Origin: Bacilli bacterium
GTDB taxonomy: Bacteria; Bacillota_I; Bacilli_A; RFN20; UBA1709
Assembly: GCA_050949315.1 (NCBI GenBank)
Contig: JBMNFL010000001.1
Coordinates: 928,001-992,000, forward strand
DNA length: 64,000 nucleotides
Reading direction: 5' to 3'
Shown here: one piece after another, positions 61,630 through 64,000 of the stretch
How positions within the stretch are numbered: the stretch's first letter is position 1
Layout: each line of letters opens with the position of its first letter
Notes under the pieces: model-generated
Database searches by the model: none
Seen by the model: the letters and a program-made list of their open reading frames with translations, nothing else
What the model was told of the DNA's origin: nothing
Translations under genes and position numbers: made by a program

Positions 61630-63384
61630 ATGCTTTTGTCCTTTACCTTTCAAATTACTATGCTTGGAATTTTAGGGTTAATCCTAATTCTTTTTGTTAT
61701 TTACTTTATTCTCAGCCACCGAGGAAATCGGCGTTTAAATAAATATGCAAGTATCAATCAACGAAATATTCAGTATACGGTTAGAGCGGATTTTGCAAAA
61801 CAGAAGCTCTATCTTTATTCACGGCATGGCCCAGGCAGTGGTCAAGAATATAATATTTCAGAATACATCAATCGCATGGATTTAGAAGAACAGTCCAAAT
61901 GGAAAAAGTGGATTAACGATATTTTAAATGATGAATATAATCATGACGAGGAACAATCGATTACGATTGCTTTAAATGCTCATACTGATGATCATACTAT
62001 TAGTGATAAGACTAGTGATAAATCTGTTCCTGCAAAACGATATTTTCGTTTGATTTTAACTTCCAAAAATGGAGAAAACATCTTCTTTAGCAGTATTGAA
62101 ATACCAACTAATGTTCACAGCCGTATGGAAAAAACGAAGAGTCTTGATTTAATTGATTGGGATGAATTTGCTAGTAAGGTCAGTTCTTTCGGTCGCCAAG
62201 TTCGTGGGGCGATAATTTGTTTGAATTGCAATCTTTACAATGTCGTTGATAAACATTACGGCCACTTGGTTTCTGAACAGTTAATGCATGAGATTTGGAA
62301 GGATGTTAATTCTTTTAATGGACATGAATGTATTGCCGGTCATTATCAAGATGATAGTTATCTTTTCTTTTATCCTCATATTATTAGTCAATCAGTAGCT
62401 GAGAAAAAGGCCAAAGAATTGCTTTTAGAGTTTAATCGTCCGGTCTCCTTTGATATCCACCAATTTGATTTACGTCCCAGTATTGGTATTACTTTTATGG
62501 GGGCCTATTCTCAGGATGTCATGGAGGTTTTAAAAGAAGCGAGTAAGGCGGCCGAAGCAGCGAGAACCACTTCAGATAATCAGCATATCGTTTTCTATAA
62601 TGATGAGATGGCGGCCGAAACAAGAAAACTAAAGGCTAGTTATGACGAACTTTCTACTATCATCAGTGAAAAAGGCTTTGAGCCAATGTATTATCCAGTC
62701 TTTTCTCTACATACTGGCGCTGAGGTTGGTTATTTTTGTGAGATTGATTTTAGCAAATATGAAATCAAAAATTTTGCCGAAGCCTATTGTCTTGCATTAC
62801 AAGTTGGCCTTGAAACCGAGTTTTTTAATTCAATAATGACCACTCTACTAAATCGCTTTGTTGATTTTGTTGATAAAAATTCGCGACGTCTTTTTGTATT
62901 TTGTGATTTAAAACAATTGACAGAACTCCAAGAATTGATAATCAGTGATTTACGTTACCAACGAATTGAGCTGGTGGCTATTATCACCAATTATGAAGAT
63001 TTAATTGAAATGGGCGACAAGACCTTACAACTTCTTCAGCAGTCTAGGCAGTGTCAAATGAGTTTGGGTTTAGTTGCTAATGAAGATATGCAGGCCAGCA
63101 TTATCTCGGCTTTAAATTACTTTAACTGGTTAATTATTCCTACGAGGATGACCAAGTTGTTAAGTTCAAATGAGAAGATGAAAATTGTCATTGGAAACAT
63201 CGTAGATATGATGGAACGCTTTAATCTAAATACGGTTGCTTGGCATGTAAATAATTATGCTCAGGCCGAAATTTTAAAATCTTTAGGTGTTAGTTATATT
63301 CATGGTTCAATATTAGATTCACGTCAAAATGAAGACAGCAGTTCAGTTCGGAAGGTTGCCAAACTGATTGATGAAAAGGAGTAG
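61630..63384 (+). CDS. Membrane-anchored protein with degenerate GGDEF and degenerate EAL domains
   Basis: N-terminal TM; VVDKHYGHLVSEQL, GHYQDDSY in place of GGDEF, SIGIT; EAL-like FEPMYYPVF...VAWHVNN...LGVSYIHG without the EAL or DDFG motifs. Confidence 0.72.
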   Translation: MLLSFTFQITMLGILGLILILFVIYFILSHRGNRRLNKYASINQRNIQYTVRADFAKQKLYLYSRHGPGSGQEYNISEYINRMDLEEQSKWKKWINDILNDEYNHDEEQSITIALNAHTDDHTISDKTSDKSVPAKRYFRLILTSKNGENIFFSSIEIPTNVHSRMEKTKSLDLIDWDEFASKVSSFGRQVRGAIICLNCNLYNVVDKHYGHLVSEQLMHEIWKDVNSFNGHECIAGHYQDDSYLFFYPHIISQSVAEKKAKELLLEFNRPVSFDIHQFDLRPSIGITFMGAYSQDVMEVLKEASKAAEAARTTSDNQHIVFYNDEMAAETRKLKASYDELSTIISEKGFEPMYYPVFSLHTGAEVGYFCEIDFSKYEIKNFAEAYCLALQVGLETEFFNSIMTTLLNRFVDFVDKNSRRLFVFCDLKQLTELQELIISDLRYQRIELVAIITNYEDLIEMGDKTLQLLQQSRQCQMSLGLVANEDMQASIISALNYFNWLIIPTRMTKLLSSNEKMKIVIGNIVDMMERFNLNTVAWHVNNYAQAEILKSLGVSYIHGSILDSRQNEDSSSVRKVAKLIDEKE

Positions 63385-63390
63385 TTAAAA

Positions 63391-64000
63391 ATGGATGAGA
63401 AAAAAGTTGAGAGTATTACCGCGCGGGATGTTGATTTTGCTCAGTGGTATACCGATGTGGTTAAAAAAGCTGAATTAATTGATTATAGCCCAGCCAAGGG
63501 TTTTATGATCTATCGTCCCTATGGTTATGCGATCTGGGAGCAGATTCAAGCCTATCTTGATCGCATGCTTAAAGACTCTGGTCATGAAAATGTCTATATG
63601 CCTTTGGTAATTCCTGAGTCCTTGTTTGCCAAGGAAAAGGAACATGTTGAAGGTTTTGCCCCTGAGTGCGCCATTATCACTGAGGGTGGGGGCGAGAAGC
63701 TAGAGGATCCTTTAATTATCCGTCCAACATCGGAAACTTTGTTCTGTTATCACTATAATAAAATTGTCAATTCTTATCGCGATTTACCTAAAAAATATAA
63801 TCAGTGGTGTTCAGTGGTACGCTGGGAAAAAACTACGAGACCTTTTTTAAGAGGCAAAGAATTTTTATGGCAAGAAGGGCACACCCTACATGAAAGTGAA
63901 CAAGAGGCTAGGCATGAGGCTTTAGAAATCTTAGATTACTATGTCAAAATGGGGCGTGATTTATTAGCGATACCCTTTGTCTGTGGGCAAAAAACTGAGA
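63391..64000 (+). CDS. proS: Proline--tRNA ligase, archaeal/eukaryotic-like type, runs off the window
   Basis: Not in track; read manually as [32 protein letters not shown]...[12 protein letters not shown]...IRPTSE...[29 protein letters not shown]. Confidence 0.96.
   Translation, partial: MDEKKVESITARDVDFAQWYTDVVKKAELIDYSPAKGFMIYRPYGYAIWEQIQAYLDRMLKDSGHENVYMPLVIPESLFAKEKEHVEGFAPECAIITEGGGEKLEDPLIIRPTSETLFCYHYNKIVNSYRDLPKKYNQWCSVVRWEKTTRPFLRGKEFLWQEGHTLHESEQEARHEALEILDYYVKMGRDLLAIPFVCGQKTE

Noticed and set aside
1-64000. Genetic code 4 (TGA=Trp) as in Mycoplasmatales
   Set aside because: Long genes are open in code 11, Trp is encoded by TGG, and TGA terminates secY, the GT4 and the EAL gene at sensible positions
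1-64000. CRISPR array, rRNA, prophage or defence system
   Set aside because: No regularly spaced short direct repeats, rRNA-like sequence, phage genes, cas genes or restriction-modification genes were recognised

Overview
This is a core-genome window from a low-GC Bacillota (Bacilli) bacterium that uses genetic code 11, since TGA ends secY and other genes. Several markers point to a Mollicutes-adjacent lineage (inference, e.g. RFN20/RF39/Acholeplasmatales/Erysipelotrichales-like): Mycoplasma-type deletion in the L11 proline loop, RpoB His526->Asn, no rpmD in the spc operon, and an archaeal/eukaryotic-type ProRS. The housekeeping content is the cysS-rlmB-sigH-like and rpmG-secE-nusG-rplKA-rplJL-rsmC-like-rpoBC clusters, the S10-spc-alpha ribosomal superoperon, ecfA1A2T-truA, eight tRNAs, and T-box, L1, L10 and S10 leader RNAs. 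The most notable accessory locus is a translationally coupled gene pair inserted between the sigma factor gene and rpmG. It encodes a Bacteroidota-like serine palmitoyltransferase and a putative 3-ketodihydrosphingosine reductase, i.e. a candidate de novo sphingolipid pathway in a lineage not known to make sphingolipids. Other items of interest: a glf + GT28 glycolipid operon, an S1(YugI/GSP13)-Pgi fusion, an HPr paralogue with His15->Ser, a 1425-aa membrane-anchored protein with six ~200-aa FN3-like repeats next to mscS and nfeD-SPFH, an IS-bounded c-di-GMP phosphodiesterase island between two tRNAs, and a doubly degenerate GGDEF-EAL protein just upstream of proS. No CRISPR array, rRNA or prophage was seen. 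All family assignments come from motif recognition by eye; no database searches were run.
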